Positions 26,801 to 35,661 of a stretch of 37,181 nt of DNA are shown one piece after another. The DNA comes from a virus (taxonomy: Duplodnaviria > Caudoviricetes). The notes under the pieces are model-generated. The model was not told where the DNA came from, made no database searches, and saw nothing but the letters and a program-made list of their open reading frames with translations. The number at the start of each line of letters is the position of its first letter. Within the stretch, counting starts at the first letter, position 1. The DNA is taken from IMG/VR virus record IMGVR_UViG_3300020269_000019, positions 1 through 37,181 of that record, one strand, 5' to 3'. A program made the translations under genes and the position numbers.

Positions 26801-29800
26801 ATCTTATGATCAGATTGATTTCTGTGTATTACCTGATATTAGACAGGGAACAAGATTGACAGATGTTATTGATATTAGACCAAGAGTAACAAACTTTAAT
26901 TTAGATCAAACTGGAGTATCTCCTTTTGAATTTAATGCAAGGGTATTTTCTAATGCTACTAACTCTGCTAAAAATGTTTTAGCATCTGATGAATCAATAA
27001 GAATTAATTATTCATACTATCAGGGAAGAATTGATAGATTATATTTAACTAAAGGTGGAGATTTTCAATTAGTTAAAGGTATTCCTGCTGATGATCCATT
27101 ACCACCAATACCTATTGAGGATGCTTTGGAAGTTGCAAATATCAACCTTCCACCATACATTTGTAATGCTGAGAATATAGAAGTTCGTCTTAAGTCTCAT
27201 AAGAGATATAGAATGCAAGATATTGCATTATTGGAAGATAGAATTCAGAATTTAGAGTACTATACTGCACTTTCTCTTCTGGAATCTAATACAGAAAGTT
27301 TGTTTATTCCTGATAATGCTGGATTAACAAGATTTAAATCAGGTATTTACGTTGATAACTTTACTGGAACATCAACTCAGTTGAAACCAGGTAAGGTGAC
27401 TAATAGTGTTGACCCAATAAACTTAGAATTAAGACCAACACACTTTACTACTGAAGTTGATATGTTGATTGGATCTAAGTCTTTAATTGGAATTGGAACC
27501 ACAGCAAGTCCAACTGCAGACCCAAGATTTGTTACTGATTTAGTTGGTTCTGGTGTTAAAAGAACAGGTCAGTTATTAACACTAGATTATAATCCTCAAC
27601 CTGCAATTAAACAGGTTTATGCAACTAGAGTTGAGAATGTTACTCCATACCTAGTTACAACTTATACTGGTAATATTGTCTTATTCCCATCATCTGATAT
27701 CTGGATTGACCAAGTTAGATTAGCACCTCAACAGATTCAAGTTGATAATTATACTCAGACACGTAGACAGTTAGAGTTTGATGGTTATGACCCACAAACT
27801 GGTTTAGGACCTGTTAGATGGGGTGCTTGGAATACTACATGGACAGGATCTAGTGCTACTACTACAAGTAATACTGTTCAGACAGGATCTACATCGAGAA
27901 ATAATGGAAGTGCAATTGTAACCACAAATAATTTTGAAACTACAACTACTACAACTACAACTAGAACTGGTACTTCTAATAGAAGTGGTGAAAGACTTAG
28001 AATCAGTGAAGTTACTGATGTTGTAAATGAAGGAGATAGAGTTGTAAGTACTTCTGTTATTGCATTCATGAGGTCTAGGAATATTGAATTTACTGGACGT
28101 AAGTTCAAACCATTAACAAGACTTTATGGATTCTTTGATGGACAGGATGTAAATGCCTTTATTATACCTAAACTCTTAGAGATTAGGATGATTAGTGGTA
28201 CGTTCCAAGTTGGTGAATTAGTAACTGGAACGATGGCAACAGGAACTGTTACTGGTGTAAGTCAGTCAACTCCTGCTGTTACCTTTAGGGTTGCAACATC
28301 CAACCATAAGTTAGGACCAATTGCGACACCAACAGATGTTTACACATTAAGTCCTTATAACGATCAATATACTATTCCTGCCACATATTCAAGTTCTTCA
28401 ATTCTTCTTAATGTAGATACTGTATCTCTAGCAGATAATACTCAGGGTCTTTATAGTGGATGGATTAGAACTGGAATGAGACTCCGTGGTTCTAATGGTG
28501 AAGCAGAAATTACAGATGTAAGACTATTCTCTGATCATGTAGGAACAGTTTTAGGATCATTCTACATTCCTAATCCAAATGTTCCTTCTAATCCATCATT
28601 TGAAGTAGGAACTAAACTATTCAGATTAACAAGTAGTTCAACCAATAGTAATATTGGTGGAATGACTGGAACAATGGGTGAAGAGCAATACTTTGCTCAG
28701 GGCACACTGAATAATATGCAAGAGACTATCAGATCTACTAGAAGACCTAGATTTGATATTCAATCAGCAGCTGAATCCAGACCTGCAACAGAGGTTACCT
28801 CTACACAGCAAGTAACGACAAGTACACAAACTAGTGTCGTACCGCTACCACCACCTCCTCCACCTCCACCACCACCCCCAAGTCCTCCCCCAAGGCCAAA
28901 TCCTCCGATACCTCCAGCACCTGCTACTCCCCCAGCACCTGCTCCACCGAGGCCGCAGCCACCGCCACCTCCACCTCCACCACCACCTCCAAGGCCACCA
29001 GATCCTCCTGCACCACCTCCACGTCCTCCGAGGGGTGGTAAAGATCCACTGGCTCAATCATTCTCAGTGCAGAATGGAAGTGGAATGTTCGTAACATCTA
29101 TTGACGTTTACTTCAGAACAAAAGATCCACTGCTACCAGTAACGGTACAGTTGAGACCTATGATTGCTGGTGTACCTTCAGAAGAGGTATATCCATTTGG
29201 TGAAGTAATTCTTGAACCTAAAGATATTATTGAATCTGTAGATGGTGGAACACCTACTCAGGTAACATTCCCATCACCAGTATACTTACAATCTGGAACT
29301 GATCATTCAGTAGTTCTACTGTCTCAGTCCAATGAGTATACATGTTGGATTTCTAGAATGGGTGAAGTTGACATTAGTACTCTAATGCAACCAGAATCAA
29401 GACAGGTAATTGTGTCCGCACAACCAATGCTTGGTTCACTATTCAAGTCACAGAATGGATCTACATGGAACCCAAGTCAGTATGAAGACCTTAAATTTAC
29501 ACTTTATGGTGCTAAATTTATGGAACAGACTGGAACTGTGTCATTCTTTAACCCAGAATTAGCAAAAGGTAATAATCAGATTGCTACATTGGTTAAAGAT
29601 TCACTGGAGTTTAATTCTAAGAAGTTAATTGTATCTACTAACGATATTGTTAATACCTCTGGATTAGTTCTAGGTAATACAGTTATTCAGAAAGATGGTA
29701 ATGCACGAGCAGATTATGTTGGTGCTGGTGGTTCCGCAACTGGCGATTTAAGCATAATTAATGCTGGTATTGGTTATACACCTTCAGATGGTAATCAATT

Positions 29801-31535
29801 TACATTCTCTAATGTTGCTTTAGCATCCTTTAGTGGAATTGGTAAGAACGCAACTGCTGATATTACTATCGGTGCTGCTAGTGGAAATAATGGTGTTGCT
29901 ATTGCTGCAACCATTAACGCTGGTGGTTCTGGATATCAAGTTGGTGATGTTCTAACAGTACCTACAATTGGTAATGATCAGTTGGGTAGAAATATGCAAC
30001 TATCATTGGGTGCAGTTACTGGAATCAATGATTTGGTTCTAGATAACGTTCAAGGTGACTTTGAAATTAGTAACTCAAAACCACTTCAATACATTAGTCC
30101 TTCTACTGGAATCACCACTATGGTATCCGTTGGATTTGGTTCTGATGTTGTGATTAGTGACTTTGCTCTAAATTCATTAGAAGAAGATGGAATGCATATT
30201 AAAGTGAATCATAAGAACCACGGTATGCATGAAAGGATTAACAAGGTAGTCATTAGCGATGTCGCATCAGATGTCAAGACAACTACTTTAACTTCTGAAT
30301 ATAATAATGCTAGTTCTGCTGCTATTGGTATTGCCAATACTGAAGGATTTGAAACCTTTGAAAATGTTGGAGTTGCTGCCACCAATCCTGGTTACATTAA
30401 GGTTAACGATGAAATCATCTCTTATACTGGTATTGCTGCTGGATCATTAACTGGAATTACAAGATCTGTTGATCAAACAATTCCATTTACATATCCAAAT
30501 AAGACACCAGTTGAAAAATATGAGATTAATGGAGTCTCATTGAGACGTATTAATAAAACTCATAGTTTACAAGATGCTACACCTGAAAGACCGATAACTC
30601 TTGATTCTTATTATTTGAAACTTGATATGGGTAGTACAACTGGTACTGATAGAGGTACTGGTGTTGGATTCCCCAAATTATACATTAATGAGTCTAAGTC
30701 TGCTGGTGGTGACAGTGTACATGCAACACAGAACATCCAATTTGAAGCGATTAAACCTATTGTTCAGACAATGGTATTACCAAATACTTCTATTAAAGCT
30801 GAACTTACAGGTACTACTGCAAGGAGTATTGATGGATCAGAATCCTCATTTGTTGAGACTGAATCAGTCCCAATTAATATGGAAGATGACACATTCCTTG
30901 AAGCACCAAGAATGATCGCATCTAAAGTTAATGAACTTGAGCAACTAGATTCTCGTCCTGGCAATAAGTCATTGGAAGTAACATTCACTTTATCAACTGC
31001 TGATAGTGATATTTCTCCAGTTATTGACTTAGATAGAGTTGGTATGGTACTCATTAGTAATAGAGTTAACCAACCAATTACTGATTATGCAGGAGACTCT
31101 AGAGCGTCAACATTATTAGATGATCCAACAGCGTTTATCTATGCAAATAAACCAATTGCATTAGAAAACTCTGCTACATCTATTAAACTTATGTTGGCAG
31201 CATACTTGAATACATTCAGTGACCTTAGAGCATTCTATGCAATCTCTGATAGTCTTGAATCTGAACCAATTTATTATCCATTCCCTGGATACGGTAACTT
31301 CGATATCAATGGTAATATCATTGATATTGCTAAGAATACTGGACTTCCTGATAAGAAGATTCCTAAGACCGATGTCCTAGCACATGGTAGTGATAACATT
31401 CCGTTCAGTGATTATGAGTTCACCATAGATAACCTTCCTGAATTCAGGTACTTTAGTGTTAAGGTTGTAGGAACATCTACAAACCAAGCATATCCACCTA
31501 GAATAAGGGATTTGAGAGCGATTGCATTAGCGTAA
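23850..31535 (+). CDS. large virion structural protein, DUF4815 / VrlC-like (2561 aa)
   Basis: NLNVSPYFDDF, VLFKPG.P.QARELTTLQSILQNQIE, NFAAPGADR, RY.M.DI..LE.RI.NLEYYT.LSLLE, RFKSG..VDNF, DPLAQSF, GSLFKSQN.STW...Q.EDLKF and a C-terminal PRI.DLRAIALA. Confidence 0.88.
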   Translation: MAQEINLNVSPYFDDFDATKDFHKVLFKPGLPIQARELTTLQSILQNQIEQVGTHLFKEGSCVIPGQINYNNTLFTVEVETTFLGIDLTKYWGYLTNTIVRGSNSGVKAKIITTLQGASDRGYLTMIVTYLGQGLNDKEQFDDDESLILDENVVAEDTNITLQAGQGCAKTVASDASSIGSAVFLSDGVYFIRGQFVRVPAQTLILEARSDTPTYRVGLEIEETVITSSEDVSLTDNAKGFNNFAAPGADRLKVTATLVKKSLDSEKNENFVELLIVRNGSVAHIDDKIKYNELGEELARRTYSHAGDFYVKPFQISAKESLNDKQGNNGVFNSNQLTYSNNKPSYDLGTYKISPGKAFIKGFEVPVRNVVYLDFEKTRTKKTLKDQAVNYYTGPTLTVNRAYGAPKIGFTTTSYISLRDSRIGSVGHVAGGKEIGLARVYDHALESGSYSSALPQTNEWDITLYDIQPYTEITVNQAVSLSLPTYIKGKASGATAHLRYATTTGIITAYNSVGSFTPGEKLIFNGIDDNRIATAITAYSISDVKSLNSTVGVGTFNADIKHKEKLNFGTCQIAPKTGTAPGLSTVTSTGISFFQKIKVGDLVSYTNPAVNTGASPVISFGIVDSIVNADSIRIAGITTVAGICDGGLPTAQTNVSDFKLLGSKFQSSTDNTLYTPLPKKWISDVDVTESSITIRKEYDVTITANATNTVQAAQNETFLPYDEERYILVNDAGVTEELTADKLRFTNGGRELRIFGLSATAGSARLIATLQKINIKNKVKNKVRTNSIVVNKSKLVTSGVGTTSLNDGLTYGDYGYGLRVQDREICLGEPDVTKVYGVFESGALADPLLPTVTLFNMNGPTGRVDDLIAGEEFVGKTTGAIGIYIERINSTTAAFVYLSDLRLELNEQIEFAESGISGTINDFDPGDPDIKERFVLDGGQRETICDYSRLIRKPNSRDPRKKLRVIFESAEFASTDDGDITTVSSYDQIDFCVLPDIRQGTRLTDVIDIRPRVTNFNLDQTGVSPFEFNARVFSNATNSAKNVLASDESIRINYSYYQGRIDRLYLTKGGDFQLVKGIPADDPLPPIPIEDALEVANINLPPYICNAENIEVRLKSHKRYRMQDIALLEDRIQNLEYYTALSLLESNTESLFIPDNAGLTRFKSGIYVDNFTGTSTQLKPGKVTNSVDPINLELRPTHFTTEVDMLIGSKSLIGIGTTASPTADPRFVTDLVGSGVKRTGQLLTLDYNPQPAIKQVYATRVENVTPYLVTTYTGNIVLFPSSDIWIDQVRLAPQQIQVDNYTQTRRQLEFDGYDPQTGLGPVRWGAWNTTWTGSSATTTSNTVQTGSTSRNNGSAIVTTNNFETTTTTTTTRTGTSNRSGERLRISEVTDVVNEGDRVVSTSVIAFMRSRNIEFTGRKFKPLTRLYGFFDGQDVNAFIIPKLLEIRMISGTFQVGELVTGTMATGTVTGVSQSTPAVTFRVATSNHKLGPIATPTDVYTLSPYNDQYTIPATYSSSSILLNVDTVSLADNTQGLYSGWIRTGMRLRGSNGEAEITDVRLFSDHVGTVLGSFYIPNPNVPSNPSFEVGTKLFRLTSSSTNSNIGGMTGTMGEEQYFAQGTLNNMQETIRSTRRPRFDIQSAAESRPATEVTSTQQVTTSTQTSVVPLPPPPPPPPPPPSPPPRPNPPIPPAPATPPAPAPPRPQPPPPPPPPPPPRPPDPPAPPPRPPRGGKDPLAQSFSVQNGSGMFVTSIDVYFRTKDPLLPVTVQLRPMIAGVPSEEVYPFGEVILEPKDIIESVDGGTPTQVTFPSPVYLQSGTDHSVVLLSQSNEYTCWISRMGEVDISTLMQPESRQVIVSAQPMLGSLFKSQNGSTWNPSQYEDLKFTLYGAKFMEQTGTVSFFNPELAKGNNQIATLVKDSLEFNSKKLIVSTNDIVNTSGLVLGNTVIQKDGNARADYVGAGGSATGDLSIINAGIGYTPSDGNQFTFSNVALASFSGIGKNATADITIGAASGNNGVAIAATINAGGSGYQVGDVLTVPTIGNDQLGRNMQLSLGAVTGINDLVLDNVQGDFEISNSKPLQYISPSTGITTMVSVGFGSDVVISDFALNSLEEDGMHIKVNHKNHGMHERINKVVISDVASDVKTTTLTSEYNNASSAAIGIANTEGFETFENVGVAATNPGYIKVNDEIISYTGIAAGSLTGITRSVDQTIPFTYPNKTPVEKYEINGVSLRRINKTHSLQDATPERPITLDSYYLKLDMGSTTGTDRGTGVGFPKLYINESKSAGGDSVHATQNIQFEAIKPIVQTMVLPNTSIKAELTGTTARSIDGSESSFVETESVPINMEDDTFLEAPRMIASKVNELEQLDSRPGNKSLEVTFTLSTADSDISPVIDLDRVGMVLISNRVNQPITDYAGDSRASTLLDDPTAFIYANKPIALENSATSIKLMLAAYLNTFSDLRAFYAISDSLESEPIYYPFPGYGNFDINGNIIDIAKNTGLPDKKIPKTDVLAHGSDNIPFSDYEFTIDNLPEFRYFSVKVVGTSTNQAYPPRIRDLRAIALA
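28842..29033 (+). repeat. polyproline low-complexity tract (CCN-rich)
   Basis: 64 codons, 47 of them Pro, including two runs of 11 Pro. GC-rich island in an AT-rich gene. Confidence 0.95.
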
Positions 31536-31536
31536 T

Positions 31537-31764
31537 ATGGAACCACGATTTCTAAAAGTTGAGGGTCATAGTTATCTGTTAAGAGATACAGATTCTAACG
31601 CTATAATAAACGTTGATAAAAAGGGGCATGGTAAGTACCTTGCCCTACGGCGTTTAAAACAAAAGGATGTTGCGAGAGTAGATTCTCTTGAAAATGATGT
31701 AAAAGAATTGAAGTCTGACATAAGTGACATTAAAGATATGATAGGCAAATTATTAGACAAGTAA
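31537..31764 (+). CDS. small conserved protein with a C-terminal coiled coil
   Basis: 75 aa: KVEGH..L.RD..SNAIIN, then heptads VDSLENDVKELKSDISDIKDMI. Only 1 nt separates it from each neighbour. Confidence 0.85.
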   Translation: MEPRFLKVEGHSYLLRDTDSNAIINVDKKGHGKYLALRRLKQKDVARVDSLENDVKELKSDISDIKDMIGKLLDK

Positions 31765-31765
31765 C

Positions 31766-32620
31766 ATGGCAAAACCAACCAGTCGCCAAACTTTAATAGA
31801 TTATTGCAAGAGGCAACTTGGTTCTCCTGTATTGGAGATTAACGTAGCTGACGAACAGATTGACGATCTGGTGGATGATGCTATTCAATTATTTCATGAA
31901 CGTCATTTTGATGGTACTACTCAAGCATTTTTGAAGTATCAAATAACTCAAGAAGACATTGACAGAGGTACTGTTGAGTATCCACATGAAGGAGGTAAAG
32001 CAGGAATTGCTTCTACCTCTGTAACTGATAATATTCCTAATCAAGGAAATGTTACTTTTAACTGGTATGAGAATAGTAATTATATAAAAGTTCCACCCTC
32101 AGTTATGGGTGTATCAAAGGTATTTAAATTTGAAGGTGGTGGTGGACTTTCTGCAGGAATGTTCAGTATCAAGTATCAGTTATTCTTAAATGACATTTAT
32201 TATTTGGGATCAACTGAATTATTAACATATTCAATGACCAAGAGTTATCTTGAGGATTTGGATTGGTTGTTATCAACACAAAAACAAATAAGATATAATC
32301 AAAGAGAAGATAGGTTATATCTTGATGTTGATTGGAAGTCTATTGACGTTGGTTCTTACATAATCTTAGATTGTTATAGAGCATTAGATCCTGCAACTTC
32401 TGATCAAATATGGAATGATAGATTTTTAAAACCTTATTTGACTGCTTTAATTAAGCGTCAATGGGGTGTTAACTTAAGTAAGTTCCAAGGAGTTAAATTA
32501 CCAGGCGGTATTGAGATGAATGGAAGACAAATACAAGATGATGGGCAGAAAGAGATGGATGCCATTATCGAAAAGATGTCTTCTACTTACGAATTACCAC
32601 CTTTAGATATGATAGGTTAG
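31766..32620 (+). CDS. gp13: neck protein, T4 gp13-like
   Basis: 284 aa with P.SR..LIDYC.R.LG.PV.EINV..EQI.D, L..Y.TALIKRQWG.NL.KF.GV.LPGG...NG and YELPP.DMIG motifs. Confidence 0.93.
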   Translation: MAKPTSRQTLIDYCKRQLGSPVLEINVADEQIDDLVDDAIQLFHERHFDGTTQAFLKYQITQEDIDRGTVEYPHEGGKAGIASTSVTDNIPNQGNVTFNWYENSNYIKVPPSVMGVSKVFKFEGGGGLSAGMFSIKYQLFLNDIYYLGSTELLTYSMTKSYLEDLDWLLSTQKQIRYNQREDRLYLDVDWKSIDVGSYIILDCYRALDPATSDQIWNDRFLKPYLTALIKRQWGVNLSKFQGVKLPGGIEMNGRQIQDDGQKEMDAIIEKMSSTYELPPLDMIG

Positions 32621-32624
32621 GAAC

Positions 32625-34034
32625 ATGGCACTTAATCCATTCTTCCTTCACGGATCTAAAGGCGAACAGAATCTTGTTCAGGACTTAGTGAATGAACAAT
32701 TAAAGATGTTTGGTGTGGAAGTTTATTACATACCAAGGACTTATGGTACTGAAAAAACAGTAATAGAGGAAGTCTCCAGGTCCAATTTTGGTAATGCTAT
32801 TCCTTTAGAAGCATACGTAGAGACATTTGATGGATATTCTGGAGCAGGAACACTTCTATCTAAGTTTGGTGTTCAAGAATTAGATGATTTGACATTAATA
32901 ATCTCAAAGGAAAGATATGAGGAAGAAATACAGAAGCGTATAGAACCATTAAAAGGTGTTAAATTAGCAAGTAGACCAAAAGAAGGAGATTTAATATACT
33001 TCCCATTAGGTGATAGATTATTTGAGATTAAATATGTAGAGCACGAAAAACCATTTTATCAATTACAAAAAAATTATGTTTATGAGTTAAGATGTGAACT
33101 ATTCATCTACAACGATGAAGAAGTGGATACAGGTATCGACTTTATTGATGATAATGTTGAAGAAGAGGGTTATATTCAAACAATGACTCTTGCTGGAATA
33201 GCATCACAAGCAACTGCTGTTACAACGTTAGTTGATGGTGGTGTTCGTAATGTTATCGTTTCTAGAAGAGGTTCTGGATATACACATCCACCTCAAGTTG
33301 CATTCTCATCTGCTCCAAGTGGGGGAACAAATCCAGTTGGTGTTAGTTCTATGATTAGTGGTCTTGTAGATTTTTGTGAACCAAATGAAGATCTATCAAG
33401 AGTTCAAGCAGTAAATTTAACAAATCCAGGTTCTGGATATACTGTAGCACCAAGAGTTGGATTTATGACCGATACTGGTAGTGGAGCATATGCTATAACA
33501 AATATTGCTGATGGTGTTTGTGGTATCATTACTATCACTAATGGTGGTGGAGGTTATGTTGGAATTCCAACGGTAGCATTTGCACCTGATGGATATAGTG
33601 GTATTGGTAGTACAACTATACCAGCAGTGGTTAAAGCAGTTGTATCTGCTGCAGGTTCAGTTACTGCACTTGTTTACGAATCTTGTGGTGGATGGTACAC
33701 TGATACTCCAGAAATATTAATTGCACCACCAGTACAAACTGGAGGAACTGGTTCATTTAATAGAGGAGAGGATATAGTTGGTACAGCAAGTAGTGCAACT
33801 GCTCAAGTTAAGACTTGGAATGCTGTTACAAGAGAATTAAGAGTTGGTCAGATTGTAGGAACATTCCAAAAAGGAGAGTACATTGTTGGTCAAGAAACTT
33901 CAACAAGGTTCTGTATAAGTGATCTAAATAGTGATGATCTTCCAGAAACTGGATTCCCTCAAAATGCAACTATAGAGTCTGAAGCAGATAATATATTAGA
34001 CTTTAGTGAAAGTAACCCATTTGGAAATGTATAA
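32625..34034 (+). CDS. gp14: neck protein, T4 gp14-like, with an internal Gly-rich insertion
   Basis: 469 aa with EQ.L...L..E.....G..VYY.PR, LSKFG, RPKEGDLIYFP, FEIKYVEHE.PFYQL and a C-terminal DFSE.NPFG. Confidence 0.93.
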   Translation: MALNPFFLHGSKGEQNLVQDLVNEQLKMFGVEVYYIPRTYGTEKTVIEEVSRSNFGNAIPLEAYVETFDGYSGAGTLLSKFGVQELDDLTLIISKERYEEEIQKRIEPLKGVKLASRPKEGDLIYFPLGDRLFEIKYVEHEKPFYQLQKNYVYELRCELFIYNDEEVDTGIDFIDDNVEEEGYIQTMTLAGIASQATAVTTLVDGGVRNVIVSRRGSGYTHPPQVAFSSAPSGGTNPVGVSSMISGLVDFCEPNEDLSRVQAVNLTNPGSGYTVAPRVGFMTDTGSGAYAITNIADGVCGIITITNGGGGYVGIPTVAFAPDGYSGIGSTTIPAVVKAVVSAAGSVTALVYESCGGWYTDTPEILIAPPVQTGGTGSFNRGEDIVGTASSATAQVKTWNAVTRELRVGQIVGTFQKGEYIVGQETSTRFCISDLNSDDLPETGFPQNATIESEADNILDFSESNPFGNV

Positions 34035-34036
34035 TT

Positions 34037-35035
34037 ATGTTTGATCATTTTTACCATCAAATTTTTAGAAAAACCGTAATTGGATTCGGTACTCTCTTCA
34101 ATAGTATCACTATTCACAGAGATGGTGATAGTTCTGCTGATCCATCTGCGATTATTAAAGTTCCATTGGCATATGGTCCAACTCAGAAGTTTTTAGCAAG
34201 AATTGAGCAACAACCAGATCTGAATAAACCAGTATCTATGAGTTTGCCCAGAATGTCTTTTGAATTTACGGGCATTGAATATGATACTACTAGGAAGGTT
34301 GGTGCAACACAGACTTTTGTAACTACAATAAAAACTGATAAGAAGGATGTGCGTAAGGTTTATATGCCTGTTCCTTATAACATGCAGTTTGAGTTGTCCA
34401 TAATGACTTTGCTAAATGATGACGCATTACAAATCGTAGAGCAAATACTTCCATATTTTCAACCAAATTATACTATTACAGTTGATCTAGTAGATACTAT
34501 TGGAGAGAAAAAAGATATTCCAATTACTCTAGATAATGTTACTTTTGAAGATAACTATGAAGGAGATTATACTTCAAGACGGGTATTATTGTATACTTTA
34601 AGTTTTACTGCTAAAACATACCTATTTGGTCCAGTTCCAAGTACACCAAAAGATCTTATCAAGAAGGTATCTATTGGTATTTCACCTGGAGAAAAAAGTA
34701 CTGCAGGTTCTGGTCGTCAGATTACATATGCTACACCAGTTGCTACGAAGAATTACACTGGAGATGTTATTGCAAATCTCTCAGAAGATGTTCTTGCAAC
34801 AGCATCTATTATTCCTGTAGATGATTCTGCAGGATTAGCAGAACAAACATATATTGATATTAATAATGAGACAATGTATATTACTGATATTACTGGTAAT
34901 AAACTAACTGTAAAACGTGCTTCTTATAATACAACTGCCATTGAACATGTTCGTGGTAGTGATGTCAAAGGAATTACTAGTGCCGATAATGCACTTATAG
35001 AAGCAGGAGATGACTTTGGATTTAGTGGGACATGA
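34037..35035 (+). CDS. gp15: tail sheath stabilizer / tail completion protein, T4 gp15-like
   Basis: 332 aa with FYH...RK.V..FGTLFN, KVPLAYGP.QKF, LPRMSFE, PVPYN, QIVEQILPYFQP and FTAKTYLFGP motifs. Confidence 0.94.
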   Translation: MFDHFYHQIFRKTVIGFGTLFNSITIHRDGDSSADPSAIIKVPLAYGPTQKFLARIEQQPDLNKPVSMSLPRMSFEFTGIEYDTTRKVGATQTFVTTIKTDKKDVRKVYMPVPYNMQFELSIMTLLNDDALQIVEQILPYFQPNYTITVDLVDTIGEKKDIPITLDNVTFEDNYEGDYTSRRVLLYTLSFTAKTYLFGPVPSTPKDLIKKVSIGISPGEKSTAGSGRQITYATPVATKNYTGDVIANLSEDVLATASIIPVDDSAGLAEQTYIDINNETMYITDITGNKLTVKRASYNTTAIEHVRGSDVKGITSADNALIEAGDDFGFSGT

Positions 35036-35661
35036 AGCCACAATATTTGAAGGATTATCATCCTAATTTATTATCTTGGAATGAATTCGAGAATATAATA
35101 AACATACGACCATTAATGACTCAAGAGAAGGTTCATATACTTTCTCCAGAAGCACATTTGGTATGGGAAAATGATGTATGGACAACTAATCCAGGATGTT
35201 ATCCTCCTACGGTTTTAAGAGAAGCAATACAAAAATATGTTTGTTGGTTTAGTGAGATGTCTAGAACAACAGAGACAATCAATAATTTGGCATATAAGAT
35301 TGAAAAAGAATTTAAATCCGCAGTTGACGCACATATTTACAGTTGTATTAATATAGATCAAAAGCATCCTTTTGGTATTCATTTCGATGATAATGATAAT
35401 GTTATAGTTCAGTGTGAAGGTACGACTCATTGGAAGATTTGGGATAAGGTAGACCCTAATCAATACAATCAAAATATGGAGATGGATACTGAACCTATTA
35501 TAGATAGTATTATGGAACCAGGTGATGCAGTTCAAATTCCTGCTCATTATCCGCACCTGGCAACTTCAACTACTTCTAGATTATCGGTAAGTTTTCCAAT
35601 GCCAGAACCTACTGCAAACTGGGGTGGAATATATCAAGAAAGAGAATGGGTAAGACTATGA
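35032..35661 (+). CDS. JmjC/cupin-like Fe(II)/2-oxoglutarate oxygenase
   Basis: 209 aa with FGIHFD (HxD, 35380-35388), VIVQCEG..HW and MEPGDAV.IP...PH (distal His at 35554). ATGA overlaps at both ends. Confidence 0.82.
   Translation: MKPQYLKDYHPNLLSWNEFENIINIRPLMTQEKVHILSPEAHLVWENDVWTTNPGCYPPTVLREAIQKYVCWFSEMSRTTETINNLAYKIEKEFKSAVDAHIYSCINIDQKHPFGIHFDDNDNVIVQCEGTTHWKIWDKVDPNQYNQNMEMDTEPIIDSIMEPGDAVQIPAHYPHLATSTTSRLSVSFPMPEPTANWGGIYQEREWVRL

Noticed and set aside
27830-27990. Thr-rich run in the DUF4815 protein
   Set aside because: Ordinary low-complexity hairpin segment with no further structure visible.
28834-29094. His-rich (+) and Trp/Arg-rich (-) ORFs over the polyproline tract
   Set aside because: They are by-products of CCN repeats lacking stop codons in other frames.
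5185-31535. Intein, intron or homing endonuclease explaining the giant ORFs
   Set aside because: No Hint-domain splice motifs or LAGLIDADG, HNH or GIY-YIG motifs were recognised, and the frames are uninterrupted.
35032-35661. Calling the oxygenase a prolyl hydroxylase for the polyproline tract
   Set aside because: Its motifs are JmjC/ribosomal-oxygenase-like rather than P4H-like, and proximity alone is not evidence of substrate.
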